Made by a program: the position numbers and the translations under genes. DNA of 64,000 nucleotides, taken from NCBI GenBank assembly GCA_030390025.1, contig CM059432.1, positions 2,728,001 to 2,792,000 on the forward strand, in the 5' to 3' direction. This document shows, one piece after another, positions 12,475 through 25,559 of the stretch (positions are counted from its first letter, which is position 1; each line of letters opens with the position of its first letter). Source of the stretch: Squalus acanthias (lineage: Eukaryota). The notes under the pieces were generated by a model. That model did not search any database. It was not told the DNA's origin and saw only the letters and a list, made by a program, of their open reading frames with translations.

Positions 12475-13500
12475 TACAGCAGTGAAGGAGGCCATTCGGC
12501 CCGTCGTGCCTGTGCTGGCTCTCTGGAAGAGCAGTCGTGCTGAGTTCTGTACCCCGCTTGTTGTCCATCACCCTGTCAGTTCCTCATCCTCAAGTACCTG
12601 ACCAACTCCCTTTTAAAAATTATTGCCGTCTCTTCTTCCACCACCTTTTCGGGTCGAGCGTTCCAGATCCCGACGGCTCAAATTGGAAAAAATTCTCCTC
12701 ATCTCCCCTCGATCTTTTGCCAATGATTTTGAATCTATGACCTCTGGTTATTGACCCACTCGCCAGAGGGAATAGTTTTTCTCTCTCTATTCTATCAAAA
12801 CCTCTGAACATCTTGAAAACCTCCATTAGGTCACCTCTTAACCTTCTCTGTTCCAAGGAGAACCGTCCGAACTCCTAAAGCGTTTCCAAACTCTTATCAT
12901 GACTGAACTCCCTCATCCCTGGTAACATCCCGGTAAACCTCCTCTGTACCCTTTCTAAGGACTTTACATCTTTCCTGAAGTGTGCTGCCCAGAATTGTCC
13001 ACAATACTCCAACTGAGACCTAACCAGTGATTTATAAAGTTCCAGTGTGATCTCTTTGCTTTTATATTCTATTCCTCTATAAACCCAAGTAACCCATATG
13101 CTTTTTTAACCACCTTATCAACTTGCTGTGCCATCTTTAAGGATTTGTGCATATGGACACCAAGATGTTTCTGCTCATCTACCCTTCAAAATCGTGCCAT
13201 TTATAGTATACTGTCTTTCCATATTAATCCTGCCAAAGTGCATCACTTCACACTTCTCTGCATTGAACTCCCATCTGCCCTGCTTCTGCCCATTTCACCA
13301 TCCTGTCTGTCATCCTGAAGCCTATAGCTGTCCTCATCACTATCTACTACTTTGCCAAGTTTATCATCTGCAAACTTTATAATGCTGCTCCCTCCACCCG
13401 AGTCTAGGTCATTTATAAAAAGTGAAAAGAGTAATGAACCCAAAATTGACCCTTGAGGAACACCTCTGGAAAAACATCCATCCACCTTTGCTTCCTGTCA
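12475..13500 (-). mobile_element. CR1 LINE 3' half, decayed
   Basis: GVPQGSILGSLLFSLFINDLD, KFADD and EQRRLRGDLMEVFK fragments. Confidence 0.9.
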
Positions 13501-13734
13501 CTGATATTCCTGGAGGTTCTGTCGCATGACCCTCCAACTGCCCCGTCCAGTCAAACTGCCCGCTCTCCCCGCCCCCCCTCCCCCCCCCAAACGCATCGCC
13601 AATATTTTTATAGCTAATAAACAAATGGTAAAAGAGAAACACTTTTTAATGCCTCCAATTATTTTTCTTCTGTGCTGCTCGCAGCAGTGTCCAAAAAATT
13701 AGTCTTTAACTCCCGGAGATTCCAGGCCAATACC

Positions 13735-14020
13735 TGTCCCATCCCGTTCACCCATCACCCCCTGTGTTCACTGACCTACATTGGCTCCCGGTTAAGCAAC
13801 GCCTTTATTTTAAAATTCACGTCCTTGTTTTCAAATCCCTCCATGGCCTCGCCCCCCTCCCTATCTCTGTAATCTCCTTCAGCCCCGCAACCCTCCAAGA
13901 TCTCTGCTCTCCTCTAATTCTGGCCTCTTGCGCATCCCCGGTTTTAATCGCTCCACCGTTGCCGGCCGTGCCTTCAGCTACCAAGGCCCTAAGCTCCGGT
14001 AATCCCTCCCTAAATTTCTC

Positions 14021-14072
<52 letters not shown>

Positions 14073-14212
14073 TTTTAAGACGCTCCTTAAAACCTACCTC
14101 TTTGGCCAAACTTTTGGTCACCTGCCCTAATATCTCCTCGGGTGGCTCGGTGTCAAATTTTGTTTGATAATCGCTCCTGTGAAGCGCCCTGGAATGTTTT
14201 ACTGCATTAAAG
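13735..14212 (+). mobile_element. L2 LINE 3' end containing a (CT)n tract
   Basis: DLHWLPVKQRLYFKI...VFKSLHGLAP motif; (CT)n at about 14023-14070. Confidence 0.88.
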
Positions 14213-14796
14213 TTATTGTTGGAGGGTTGGCAGTCATTAGCATTGGACATCTTCTGATGTCTTCCATAGCATGATATTTCTATGCTCGTCAATTTAGGAG
14301 CTACACTATTCCGTAGATTATTTGGTAATTTCTCTCGTGCACCCTTCAGTCCCATTCCTAACCGGATATTTGTCCAATTCTCTCTTTTTCATTTATGAAG
14401 GAGTTAATCGAGAAAGCATTAACTGCTATTGCCGGGAGTCTGTTCCACATCTCTCCTACTCTGGGAAAAATATTTTTTTTCTAATCTCTCGTCTTGCCTG
14501 AGGCTGACTAATTTCATATTCGTCCTCTAGTTCTGCGCTCACAGTCCAAATTAAATAACCTGCTTACATCTGCATTATCTATGCCTCTCAGCATTTAAAA
14601 GACCCAGATCATCTTCCCCCGCCCCCCTCCCCCTCAAGCCGTCTTTTTTCCAATGGGGAAAAAAAAGTTCAGTTTGCCGAGTCCCTTTCCATAAAGTGGA
14701 ACCTAAATCTTGGAATAATTTTTATGCACTCCAATCGGAGGGGAGGTGGGAATTAATGTAGAACTGTAGTCCGTAGTATAGATGCTTTGGAATATA

Positions 14797-15232
14797 GACT
14801 TGCATTTATATTGTGCCTTTTGCGACCACCAGACGTCAGTGAAGTACTTTTTGAAGTGTAGTCACTGTTGTAATGTAAGCAACACAGCAGCCAATTTGTG
14901 CACAGCAAGCTCCCACAAACAGCAATGTGATAATGACTAGATCATCTGTTTTTGTTATGTTGATTTGAGGGATAAATATTGGCCCAGGACACCGGGGATA
15001 ACTCCCCTGCTCTTCTTCGAAATAGTGGCCGTGGGATCTTTTATGTCCCCCCGAGAGAGCAGACGGGGCCTCGGTTTAACGCCTCACCCGAAAGTCGGCA
15101 CCTCCGACAGTGCAGCGCTCCCTCAGCACTGCACTGGGAGCGTCAGCCTAGATTTTTGTGCTCAAGTCTCTGAAGTGGGACTCGAACCCACAACCTTCTG
15201 ACCTTAGTGTGCTACCCACTGAGCCACAGCTG
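14797..15232 (-). mobile_element. DeuSINE, near full length
   Basis: Reverse strand has tggctcagtggg (A box), gggttcgagtccc (B box), the core and the tail. Confidence 0.88.
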
Positions 15233-15740
15233 GCGCTCAAACACCAGTGCAGTCTTAAGTTGGGAGGAATCACATAAGGGGCGGGGTGTGAAAGTACTTT
15301 TGACGGTACGGGTTGCCTGAAATTAGACAATATTCTGTATGTCGTCTCGGCAGAAGTTAGAATAACTTGTTTCGAAGTGTGGCAAATGACCTTGATGATT
15401 TCAGTTAGCCTTGATAGCTTCACTGTAAACTGGATGCTTTCAATAATTCAATCCGAATCCTATATTTCGTTTTTTTTTTTTTACAATTGCAACTGGAATT
15501 TAAAATCGGAGCCCTTTATTTTGTGTACATTTCACATTTCTGCTGTGCTACATCTTGTGTTGCAGTTCCAGGTTTACATTTTTTTAATAAAAACAAGGAC
15601 TTGTATTCAATGTTCTCTCCAATTTTTTTGGCAGCGACTGCTGCCAGCAAAGTTGAAGTAGTTGCGCGTGCGCAGTCAAAGTGTGTTTTTTTGGTTGTTC
15701 GCTTCGCAAATCACGGGCTCTGGGAGGGGGGGGGGGGAGC

Positions 15741-16440
15741 CGGGAACGGGGCGGGTCATCTAGGACTGCAGGGAAAAAAGCTGGGAACAGAGTGGGTCTT
15801 CGGGACTGCAGGGGAAAAAGCTGGGAACGGAACGGGTCTTCGGGACTGTCGGGGGGGAAAAAGCTGGGAACGGGATGGGTCTTCGGGACTGTAGGGGAAA
15901 AAGCTGGGAACGGAGTGGGTCTTCGGGACTGTTGGGGGAAAAAGCTGGGAAAGGAACGGGTCTTCGGGACTGCAGGGGAAAAAGCTGGGAACGGAACGGG
16001 TCTTCAGGACTGTAGGGGAAAAAGCTGGGAACGGAACGGGTCTTCGGGACTGTAGGGGGAAAAGCTGGGAACGGAGTGGGTCTTCGGGACTGTAGGGGGA
16101 AAAAGCTGGGAACGGGATGGGTCTTCGGGACTGTAGGGAGAAAAAGCTGGGAACGGAACGGGTCTTCGGGACTGTAGGGAGAAAAAGCTGGGAACGGAAC
16201 GGGTCTTCGGGACTGTAGGGGAAAAAGCTGGGAACGGAGTGGGTCTTCGGGACTGTAGGGGAAAAAAGCTGGGAACGGGGTGGGTCTTCGGGACTGCAAG
16301 GAAAAAAAGCTGGGAACGGGGTGGGTCTTCGGGACTGTAGGGAGAAAAAGCTGGGAACGGGATGGGTCTTCGGAACTGTAGGGGAAAAAAGCTGGGAACG
16401 GAGTGGGTCTTCGGGACTATAGAAAAAAGCCAGGAAGGGA
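15741..16440. repeat. G-rich minisatellite, about 17 x 40-43 bp
   Basis: Unit gggtcttcgggactgtaggggaaaaagctgggaacgg(aac/agt/gat); about 16 gggtcttc copies plus one degenerate first copy. Confidence 0.97.
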
Positions 16441-16529
16441 GCGGGCTCAGTGGGGGGAAGCAGAAACATCATCGATATCAGCTTCCAGATTAATACGCAG
16501 TACACTTCTGCACAGTTACCGGTCTTTGG

Positions 16530-16674
16530 CAGCAGTCACTCCGATTTCTTTGGGGGGGGGTGCGCGGTCCATTCAAACTTCCGCACATGCGCAGTTTTTC
16601 CATTTAAATGCTGGTGAGCAGCCTGCGTGGGACCTCCAGGCCACTGCGCACCACGCAGCTTAATGGGACCATTG
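16530..16674 (+). mobile_element. hAT-type MITE, degenerate copy
   Basis: Interior similar to 24318-24488; right TIR gggaccattg; left end decayed and no TSD seen. Confidence 0.6.
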
Positions 16675-18609
16675 CTTGTATTTCTACAGCGCCTTTCACA
16701 ACCTCCGAGCGTCCCACAGCGCTTTACAGCCAATGAAGCACTTTTGAAAGTGTAGCCACTGTTATAAGACAGGGTAGATTAAAATCTGCCACTCTTTGCT
16801 TCTTTAAGACTGCTGCTTTATTGAGGAAGTAAATCTCGTTACCAAAAACAGAATCGCAGAGAGAACTGACTGCTTTTTTTTTATTAATTAAACTTAACAT
16901 TTATTGAGAACCAGTGCGTTCCGTTTAATGCAAACTACTGGAATTCATTGCCTGACTGGCTTTAGCAAACGTGAATACAAACCCCTGCATATGTCGCAGT
17001 GGGCAACTCTTTTTAATTAGTAATAAACTGGACGCCTTTAACACAAACTGTCGTAGGCTCCAGGAAATTTCAAACCTCCTGGCCTGGCTTTTTATTAAAA
17101 TAAAGTTTTCAGCTCACTGTTCCCTAATATTGGGCTAATAAAGCTGCTTAAATGTCAAGTTATGCATCTATAATGTTTTTGAAAATTGAAATAATACTTG
17201 TCCATTCTCTTTCTTCCCGCACCCCCCACCCCCTGCCCTTCACATCTGTGTCTGAAGGTTATCGTTTGAGCTCCCACTCCAGAGACTTGAGTACGTAATC
17301 TAGCCTGACGCTCCAGCGCAGTACTGAGGGAGCGCTGCACTGTCGCAGGTGCTGCTAAACTGAGGCCCTGTCTGCTCTCTCTGGTTGTTGTTGCATAGTA
17401 TTTAACAGCACAGAAACGGGCCATTTGGCCCAACTGGTCCGTGCCGGTGTTTATGCTCCAAACAAGCCTCCTCCCGCCCCTCTTCATCTCACCCTATCAG
17501 CATAACCTTCTCCCTCGTGTTTATTTCGCTTCTCCTTAAATGCATCTGTGCTATTCACCTCAACTACTCCCCGTGGTAGCGAGTTCCACATTCTCACCAC
17601 TCAGAGTAAAGAAGTTTCTCCTGAATTCCAGCAGAACTGGAAAAGATTAGAGATTTCTGCAGTGCCTTAATTACAGCTTTTTGTTGCACTGCCAAATCCC
17701 ATGCTTTGATCAACCAATTATTGTTGCTTCTGCTCCTATTTTATATTTCATGAATCTAACTTGTATTATTTTTGTGGAAGGAAGATGCAGAATAACTGTG
17801 ACTAAGTCTCTGGATCAGTTCCACCCAGCTTTCATAGCCAGTGCTTCAACAAACTCTTTGTAATGAATAAATTGGTTAATGAAAGTCTGGGATGGGAATT
17901 TTTAACCTGTACAGTCGGGCTCTCAAGATTAACTCTCAAATTTAAAAAAATTCTAAAAAAAAAAAAATTTAAGTCCCTCTCCTGTTCACTGCAAAGTAAA
18001 ATACCATGGTTAAGAACTCATTCCGCAAGATCGTTCTTCTGTCTTTCATGGTCATGTAAGACCAAATTACAACTACTCCCCCTTGCAATATAACTTTTTT
18101 TTAAATAAAATAGCCTGCAATCTGGGCTTGGTTGTAAATCATGTGTTTAATATCTCTAAATTGGTAAACATCAGCAAACCGGTGGGTCATTTTGCCAACT
18201 TTTTTATTCATCGGTATCCTGTTCTTTTTTTCGAAGAGCTTACTTTTCTAGTGAGAAATGCACTATTTTTAAGCTTCTGCCCCTCCCCTTCTCTGCCCAT
18301 TTATTCACTCTTCTGTACATAGTGTTACAAAGTATTACGCAGTATTTACAGCACAGAAACGGGTCCATGCCGATGTTTATGCTCCGCACCTCCTCCCACC
18401 CTCCTTCTAACCCCATCCGTACATCCCTCTCTTCCTTTCTCCCTCGTGTATTTATCTAGACTCCCCTTAAATGCATCTATGCTATTCGCTTCAGCCACTC
18501 TTGATAACATGAGTTTGATATATCGCCTTTGAACTACTGCTAGCCCATGATCCTCCATGGTGTTGTGCCACTAACTGTCTTGTAGCTCATTTATAACCGT
18601 GGATGGGAG

Positions 18610-18735
18610 CAACGTTCCCTGTGATTTTTCTTGGCGCCGCGCAGCCCCTTAAAACACCACACATGCGCGGCTTTTGCGTTGAAAAGCCGGCTGTGGGAAA
18701 TCCCTGGATCGCCGCGCAGCTTAAAGGAAACATTG
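18610..18735 (+). mobile_element. hAT-type MITE
   Basis: TIRs caacgttccc / ggaaacattg; 8-bp TSD gatgggag / gacgggag. Confidence 0.85.
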
Positions 18736-18929
18736 GACGGGAGCCACGTCCGCAACAAAAAAATCTTTACAAACCGAGCACAACAAAAACAGGACAAATC
18801 AATCGGTTTTGCGAATTGTCCACGGGTAACTTTATTTTCACTTGTCATTGTTGAGTTTCATTGCCGCAGCCCTTCCACTTTTTCTTCGACCGCCATCCTC
18901 CTACCAGCTTTTCAGGCACGGTTTTATTT

Positions 18930-19975
18930 TTCTTCGTTTATGGGATGTGGGCGTCGCTGGCAAGGCCAGCATTTATTGCCCATCCCTAATTGCCCTTGGG
19001 AAGGTGGTGGTGAGCCGTCGCCTTGAACTGCTGCAGTTCGTGTGGTGAAGGTGCTCCTACAGTGCTGTTAGGGAGGGAGTTCCAGGATTTTGACCCAGCG
19101 ACGATGAAGGAACGGCCGATACACTTCCAAGTCAGGATGGTGTGTGACTTGGAGGGGAACTTTGAGGTGGTGGTGTTCCCATGCGCCTGCTGCCCTTGTC
19201 CTTCTAGGTGGTAGAGGTCACGAGTTTGGGAGGTGCTGCCGAAGAAGCCTTGGCGAGTTGCTGCAGTGCATCTTGTAGATGGTACACACTGCAGCCACAG
19301 TGCGCCGGTGGTGGAGGGAGTGAATGTTTAAGATGGGGGATGGGGTGCCAGTCAAGCGGGCTGCTTTGTCTTGGATGGTGTCGAGCTTCTTGAGTGTTGT
19401 TGGAGCTGCACTCATCCAGGCAAGTGGAGAGTATTCCATCAAATTCCTGACTTGTGCCTTTATAGATGGTGGAAAGGCTTTGGGGAGTCAGGAGGTGAAA
19501 CACTCGCCACAGAATACCTAGCCTCTGACCTGCTCTTGTTGCCATAGTATTTATGTGGCTGGTCCAGTTAAGTTTCTGGTTATTGGTGACCCCCCCCCAG
19601 GTTGTTGATGGGAATTCGGCGATGGTAATGCCATTGAATGTCAAGGAGCGGTGGTTAGACACTCGCTTGTTGGAGATAGTCATTGTCTGGCACTTCTGTG
19701 GCGCGAATGTTACCTGCCACTTATCAGCCCAAGCCTGAACGTCGTCCAGGTCTTGTTGCATGCAGGCATGGACTGCTTCATTATCTGAGGAGTTGTGAAT
19801 GGCGCTGAACACTGGCAGTCATCAGCAAACATCCCCATTTCTGACCTTACGTTGGAGGGAAGGTCATTGATGAAGCAGCTGAAGATGGTTGGGCCTCGGA
19901 CACTGCCCTGAGGAACTCCTGCAGCGATATCCTGGGCGGTGACGTTTGACCTTCAACCACCACAACCATCTGTCA
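18930..19975 (-). mobile_element. LINE family 3 (non-LTR, clade uncertain), RT to 3' end
   Basis: Reverse strand: GVPQGSVRGP, FADD, QQDLDDVQAWADKWQVTFAPQKC, DTIQDKAARL...HSLHHRRTVAAVCTIYK, then a distinctive tail. Confidence 0.88.
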
Positions 19976-20122
19976 TAAACCATGCCTAACCACGTTCAGC
20001 AGCATGTTGTGCAACAACCTTGTTGGTACAATTAAGCTGGCGGTCAGTTGATGCCACTGTCATCACGGAGTTAGGTTGCAAGTAGAAGCCCCACATCAGG
20101 CAAATGTTTCTGCGGTGGTCAA

Positions 20123-20378
20123 CAGCAACACTTGCATTTATACAACGCCTTTAATGTAGTAAAACGTCCCAAGGCACGTCACAGGAACATTATCAAACTA
20201 AATTTGACACCAAACCACATGAGAGATTAGGACAGGTGACCAAAAGCTTGCTCAGAGGTAGGTTTAAAGGAGAGAGAGGCGGAGAGGTTTAGGGAGGGAA
20301 TTCCAGAGCTTAGGGCCGAAGCAGCTGAAGGCACGGCCGCCAATGGTGGAGCGATTAAAATCGGGGATGCTCAAGAGG
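20123..20378 (-). mobile_element. L2 LINE 3' end
   Basis: Same sequence family as 10078-10492. Confidence 0.82.
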
Positions 20379-20379
20379 T

Positions 20380-21052
20380 TCAAAAAGGCTAAAGGTATGA
20401 CTCCCTTTTATCTCAAGGAGGTTGGAATTCAAAATTGATGCCTCAGCTGAACAGAGCCTTGGTCAGACCCCATCTGCAGTACTGCGTTTCGGGCCATGAA
20501 ACTCGGGAAAGATATACTGGCCTTGGAAGGGGGTGCAGTGCAGATTCAACAGAATGATACCCGGGCTTAAAGGGTTTAAGTTAAGAGGGCAGGTTGTGTA
20601 GACTTGGTGTGTAGTCCCTTGAGTTTAGAAGATTGAGAGATGATCCTAATTGAGGTGTTTTAAATGATAAAAGGATTCGATAGAGTAGATACAGAGCAAC
20701 TTTCCTCTGCGGGGGGGGGTGGGGGGGAGAAATCCTTAACTAGAGGGCATAATCTTAAAATTAGAGCTAGGCCATTCAAGAGTGAAGTCGGGAAGCATTT
20801 TTTCCCCACACACAAAGGGTAGTGGAAATCTGGAACACTCTCTTTCCCCCCCCCCCCCCGGCCCCAAAAGGCTGGGGATTCTGGAGTTCAATTGAAATTC
20901 TCAAGACTGACGTCTACAGATGTTTATTGGATAAGATTATCAAGCGATATGGATCAAAGGAGGGTAAATGGAGTTGAGGAACCGATCAGCCATGATCTAA
21001 TTGAATGGCAGATCAGGCTCGAGGGTCGGAATGGCCTCCTTGTGTTCCTGAT
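20380..21052 (+). mobile_element. CR1 LINE 3' part, decayed
   Basis: Remnants of LVRPHLQYC and RGHNLKIRARPFKSE, plus a CR1 tail. Confidence 0.8.
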
Positions 21053-23126
21053 GAGTAATTATTTCTCAATGTTCTGTTAGGGAAGCATTTTTCATTTTTT
21101 GGTTGTTGCATTACCCGAAGTTCGAAGTATTCCTTGAGCTACTAGCTCTCCTGATTTGAAGTGTCATCTTGTTTTTTGAAGCGCTCCGTACTTAAGAGTG
21201 TTACAGATCTATCAATGTATTGAGCATCAATGGCTAACCGGCTAAAACATGACTGAAGTTAGTATTTTTTTTTAAAAAACAACTTTTATTTGACATCAAT
21301 GAAGAAACTGCAGCCTAGATTTTAACTCCCGATGTGGGCTTGAGCAGTGAACAACCTCTCTACTTCTCTTGCTCTCTCCCCTGCAACCCCGCCCCCCACC
21401 TCCAAAAAACGGGCTGCTTGCTGACTGACGGTCTCCTGCCCAAACCCGGCGGGAAGCCTTCGCTGGCAAAAACGAGATTTCAGGTGGCCGCGGCAGGGCA
21501 CCCGAAGGAGCGGTCCCAGTAAACGCACAGGTGGGACAGGGTAAAGACCCTGTGGTCCACCCAGCCTGTTCCCCACACTTGCGATGCCCTGTGCCTCACG
21601 ATATATAGACTCCTCACCCCTACCCAGAACCATTGATCTCCTGGGAAAGGCCAAAAACCAGAAATAGCCAAACCAATTTGTGATTCCCTATATTATAACG
21701 GTGACTACGCTTCAGAAGTTTTTAATAAGCTGAAAAGGGCTTTGGGGGCGTCCTGGGGTCACGAAAGGCGCTACATAAATGCAAGTTCATTTCTTTCCAC
21801 ATTTCTTTTTAGAGGTGGCTCTCTCTTGTGGCGTTATTAATGAAACTTCAGAACGTTTACAATGCCAATGTTTCCCCTTTTCCCATATAGTTATGAGGTA
21901 CATGTCCTCTCTCGCTACACAGTGGACTGTTAGAGGTACAGCAGCAAGCATGAGTGTTTTTAACATGCAGAGTTTTCTTTTAGTTTTGTGTTGGTAAACT
22001 TTTTTTAAATTACCAAAAAAAAGCAGTGGCACTCTCTCTGTGGCATGGTTTATGCCCATGCTATGATCAGACGGATGATGGCAATGCATGCACGCTTTTA
22101 ACGCATCAAGGGATATGGAGATCGGGCGGGAAAGTGGAGTTGAGATCGAAGATCAGCCATGATCTTATTGAATGGCGGAGCAGGCTCGAGGGGCCGAATG
22201 GCCTACTCCTGCTCTTATTTCTTATGTTTTTGTGTTATGTTCTTTACATAAGAAATGGGAGCAGGAGTGTGCCCAACGTCCCCTCGAGCCTGCTCCGCCA
22301 TTCAATAGGATCATGGCTGATCTTCTACTTGTGGCTTTAACTACACCCAGAGTAAATCAACTGCCTGTTACTGCTTTCGTTCTTGCGGTTTGCTGAACCA
22401 GCATTCGCGACTGCCCGAATTAGGCTGTCTGTAAATGAGCGGGTTCTGCCTGGACTTTGCTTTGCTGGATGGACAGGCACGGTGTCGTTGTCTATGAATT
22501 GCCGCTTTGTTTTCACCCCCCCCTCTCAGATCTGCAGGGCTGGACAGTGAGCAACATGGAGCGTTTGCCTTGGGCAGGGAAGCCGATAGCTTGGATTTTA
22601 AACTCCTTAACGGGGAAGTGTTCATGCACCGTTTGCATTCCCACAGGTGTAGAATTTGCACACTGGTGCCAGACAAGGCGCAAAATGTAGCTCGCCATTG
22701 TTAACATCTTGGTAGATGTTTAGAAATATATAAACTGTTCAGTTTAGCAAGTTAGCCTCTTTGGGAGTGCGGCATAGCCATGAGCGTTGAAGCCTTCAGT
22801 TTTTTGTGAATAATTATTGAAATTTTCTGAATATGTATCATTGAGGTGAAATATACGTCAATGTGAGCAAAAAACAAAAGAAAGACTTGCATTTCTCCAG
22901 CGCCTTTCACGACTTCAGGATGTCCCAAAGTTCTTTACAGCCAATGAAGTACTTTTTGAAGTGTAGTCACTGTTGTAATGTAGGAAACGCGGCAGCCTAT
23001 TTGCGCACAGCAAGCTCCCACAAACAGCAATGTGATAATGACCAAATAATCTGTTTTTAGTGGTGTTGGTTGAGGGAGAAATATTGGCCCCAGGACACTG
23101 GGGAGAACTCCCCTGCTCTTCGAAAT

Positions 23127-23324
23127 AGTCGCACAACACCAGGTTATAGTCCAACAGTTTTATTTGAAATCACAAGCTTTCGGAGCAGCTGCTCCTTCGT
23201 CAGGTGAAGTGAAGGAGCAGCCGCTCCGAAAGCTTGTGGTTTCAAATAAAACTGTTGGACTATAACCTGGTGTTGTGCGACTTCTCATTTTTGTCCATTC
23301 CAGTCCAACACCGGCATCTCCGCA
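23127..23324. mobile_element. Penelope-like inverted terminal-repeat remnant
   Basis: 72-bp inverted arms (23127-23198 and 23211-23282, 2 mismatches) around a 12-nt spacer; 13-bp TSD at 23117-23129 and 23325-23337; contains a hammerhead core. Confidence 0.75.
23170..23207 (-). ncRNA. Minimal type I hammerhead ribozyme motif
   Basis: Reverse strand reads tcac-CTGACGA-a-ggagc-agct-gctcc-GAAA-gctt-gtga: conserved core, 5-bp stem II, 4-bp stem I, palindromic AAGCTT stem III. Confidence 0.7.
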
Positions 23325-24317
23325 TCTTCGAAGTAGTAACATGGGATCTTTTACGTCCACCCGAGAGAGCAGCCGGGGCCTCGGTTTAGCATCTCATCCG
23401 AAAGATGGAAGAATTACTGGTGTCTCGGTCAAAATGCATTGAATAATCTACCAGTTTAATTCACCTTTTTCTTTTCGTTTAAAAAAACAAAGGTTTTTAA
23501 GATCAGTGGCCAGGGTTCCTGCAGAGCGAGATCTCGTCCTACAAAGAATCCTGAAATATCTCAAATTACATTGTCATTGTCGTGTTTTTTTAGGAAATGT
23601 CTCCTGGGACATTGTTCTTGGTGCGGCCCTTGTTTGAAAGTAAAGGACATTCATTTCCACCCCCGGAGACCAAGTGATCAGTTTTTCAGAGCAATTATAT
23701 TCATTTACAAATATAATCTCTGCTGATCTCTGGAGATAAAGTTTGTAAATGTCCTTGATGCCACTTTGGAATCCTTCAAATTCTGAAGCTGTGTCTGGTC
23801 AGGCATGCTAAATAGTATTGGTTTCATAGATGCTCACAATTTCACTAGATTGTAATGCCTCTTCAAAGCACCATGAATCTAAAGTATAACAATCAGATGA
23901 GACATTAAACTGAGGCCCTGTCTGCCTTCTCAGGTGGACGTAAAAGAGCCTACGGCCATTAATTAGAAGAAAAGCAGGGGAGTTCTACCAGATGTCTTGG
24001 ATAATATTTATCCCTAAACCAAGATCATTTCTTTAAAAAAAAAAATACAGATTACTCTTAAAACAGATGATCACATGGCTGTTTGTCGGAGCTTGCTGTG
24101 CGCAAATTGGCTGCCGCATTTCCTATATCACTACAGTGACTGCACTTCAAAAGTATTTTGTTAAGTGCTTTGGGACGTCTTGACGCTGTATAAATGCAGG
24201 GGAGAAACTTCTTTACCCAGAGAGTGGTTAGAATGTGGAAGTGGCTGCCACAAGGAGTGGTTGAGGCGAATGGCACAGATGCTTTTAAGGGGAGGCTAGA
24301 TAAGGACACGTTGATGT

Positions 24318-24488
24318 CAATGTTCCTGCTAATTTTTTTTTTTGGGTGCATGGCCCCTTTAAGTGGCTGCGCTGCCCATTCAAATTATCGCGCATGTGTG
24401 GATTTTTTTTTCCTGTTCAAAAGCCAGCGTGCAGCTTGCGCGGGACCTCCAGACCGCTGCGCAGCCGTACAGCTTAGCGGGAACATTG
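24318..24488 (+). mobile_element. hAT-type MITE
   Basis: TIRs caatgttcc / ggaacattg; perfect 8-bp TSD gttgatgt. Confidence 0.92.
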
Positions 24489-25047
24489 GTTGATGTAATT
24501 GGTGCTTCAGCACACCCTGTTAGCTGGATTTATACTTCAAGTGCCTCTGTTCTGCTTGTACTAGTCCAAGCAACTCTGGGCCTTTGCACCAGGACTTCCG
24601 CTTGATTGTAACACCCGTGTAAGTTCAAGACACTGGGACTTGCGCCTGTCGTAAAGATGCAGCACCGACCCCACCAGCACCAGGGTAATTTAAAATAACT
24701 TTTAGATGGCTCCTCAAACTCCTGGCTCTGGTATCCTTTATTGCTGTAATATTCGGGTTTGTTTGATTGTCTGAGTGTGTGCTGAAAACTCTCAAGAATT
24801 GTTTGGCCTTCAGAGGCAACCGGAATTTCCCTGGATCTGCCAGGAAGAGTTACGATACGAGTTGCGGAGTTCAGAGTGCACTGTCGTGCCACTCTGGTCA
24901 TGCCGTTGAAATAAGTGGAAACCTGAAACTAACCAGTGAAAATTGGCAAACATTTGGATGCCTGGAATGCACAAAAATTTTAATTGTTGTCCTACATTTG
25001 CTCAACAACTTCTGTTCTTGGTGTTGCAATGGTATTTGTTACAATTA

Positions 25048-25342
25048 GAATTCTGGCCTCTTGAGCATCCCTGATTTCCATCGCCCCGCCATTGTCGTCC
25101 GTGCCTTCAGCTGCCTGGGCCCGAAGCTCTGGAATTCCCTCCCTAAACCTCTCCGCCTCGCTCTGCTCCTTTTAAGAAGCTCCTTAAAACCTACCTCTTC
25201 GACTAAGCTTTTGGTTGCCTGTCCTGATATCTCCTTGTGTGGCTCCGGGTCAAATGTTGTTTGGTAATCGCTTCCATGAAGCGCCTTGGGACGTTTTATT
25301 GCGTTAAATAAATCTTTAATGCGCTATATAAATGTAAATTGT
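25048..25342 (+). mobile_element. L2 LINE 3' end
   Basis: RAFSCLGPKLWNSLPKPLR followed by the L2 tail. Confidence 0.82.
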
Positions 25343-25559
25343 AATGGCTTTGCTGCCATTTACAGTCGAGTCTGGGGCTTTCTGGCACTGTGCACACAGA
25401 CGCTACTGGGAGCTTATTACAATTCACGGGAATGACCTGGAAGAGCGTGGGAGTACCCAGTTCCCAGAATTAGCCAAGCGTAGTTCACGATGCGTTGGGC
25501 ATGCCTGTTAACCAGCATGAGCTAAACATTGTGGAATATTTCACGGTTAAATTACTAAA

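Larger units (their letters stand above)
22883..23405 (-). mobile_element. DeuSINE interrupted by a Penelope-like insert
   Basis: SINE sequence on both sides of 23130-23324 with a duplicated target tcttcgaa(a/g)tagt. Confidence 0.85.

Noticed and set aside
13505..13735. Another possible DNA-transposon or MITE remnant
   Set aside because: It looks repeat-like, but I could not define TIRs or a TSD.
13978..14355. ORF with a poly-ER tract
   Set aside because: It is the translation of a (CT)n microsatellite inside an L2 fragment.
15741..16440. CRISPR-like array, and repetitive ORFs of 124-249 aa
   Set aside because: The units are contiguous with no unique spacers, there are no cas genes, and the context is a eukaryotic intron. 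The ORFs are artefacts of a stop-poor minisatellite.
23199..23240. Hammerhead ribozyme on the + strand arm
   Set aside because: Stem II and GAAA are present, but the CTGANGA box is replaced by gaagtga.
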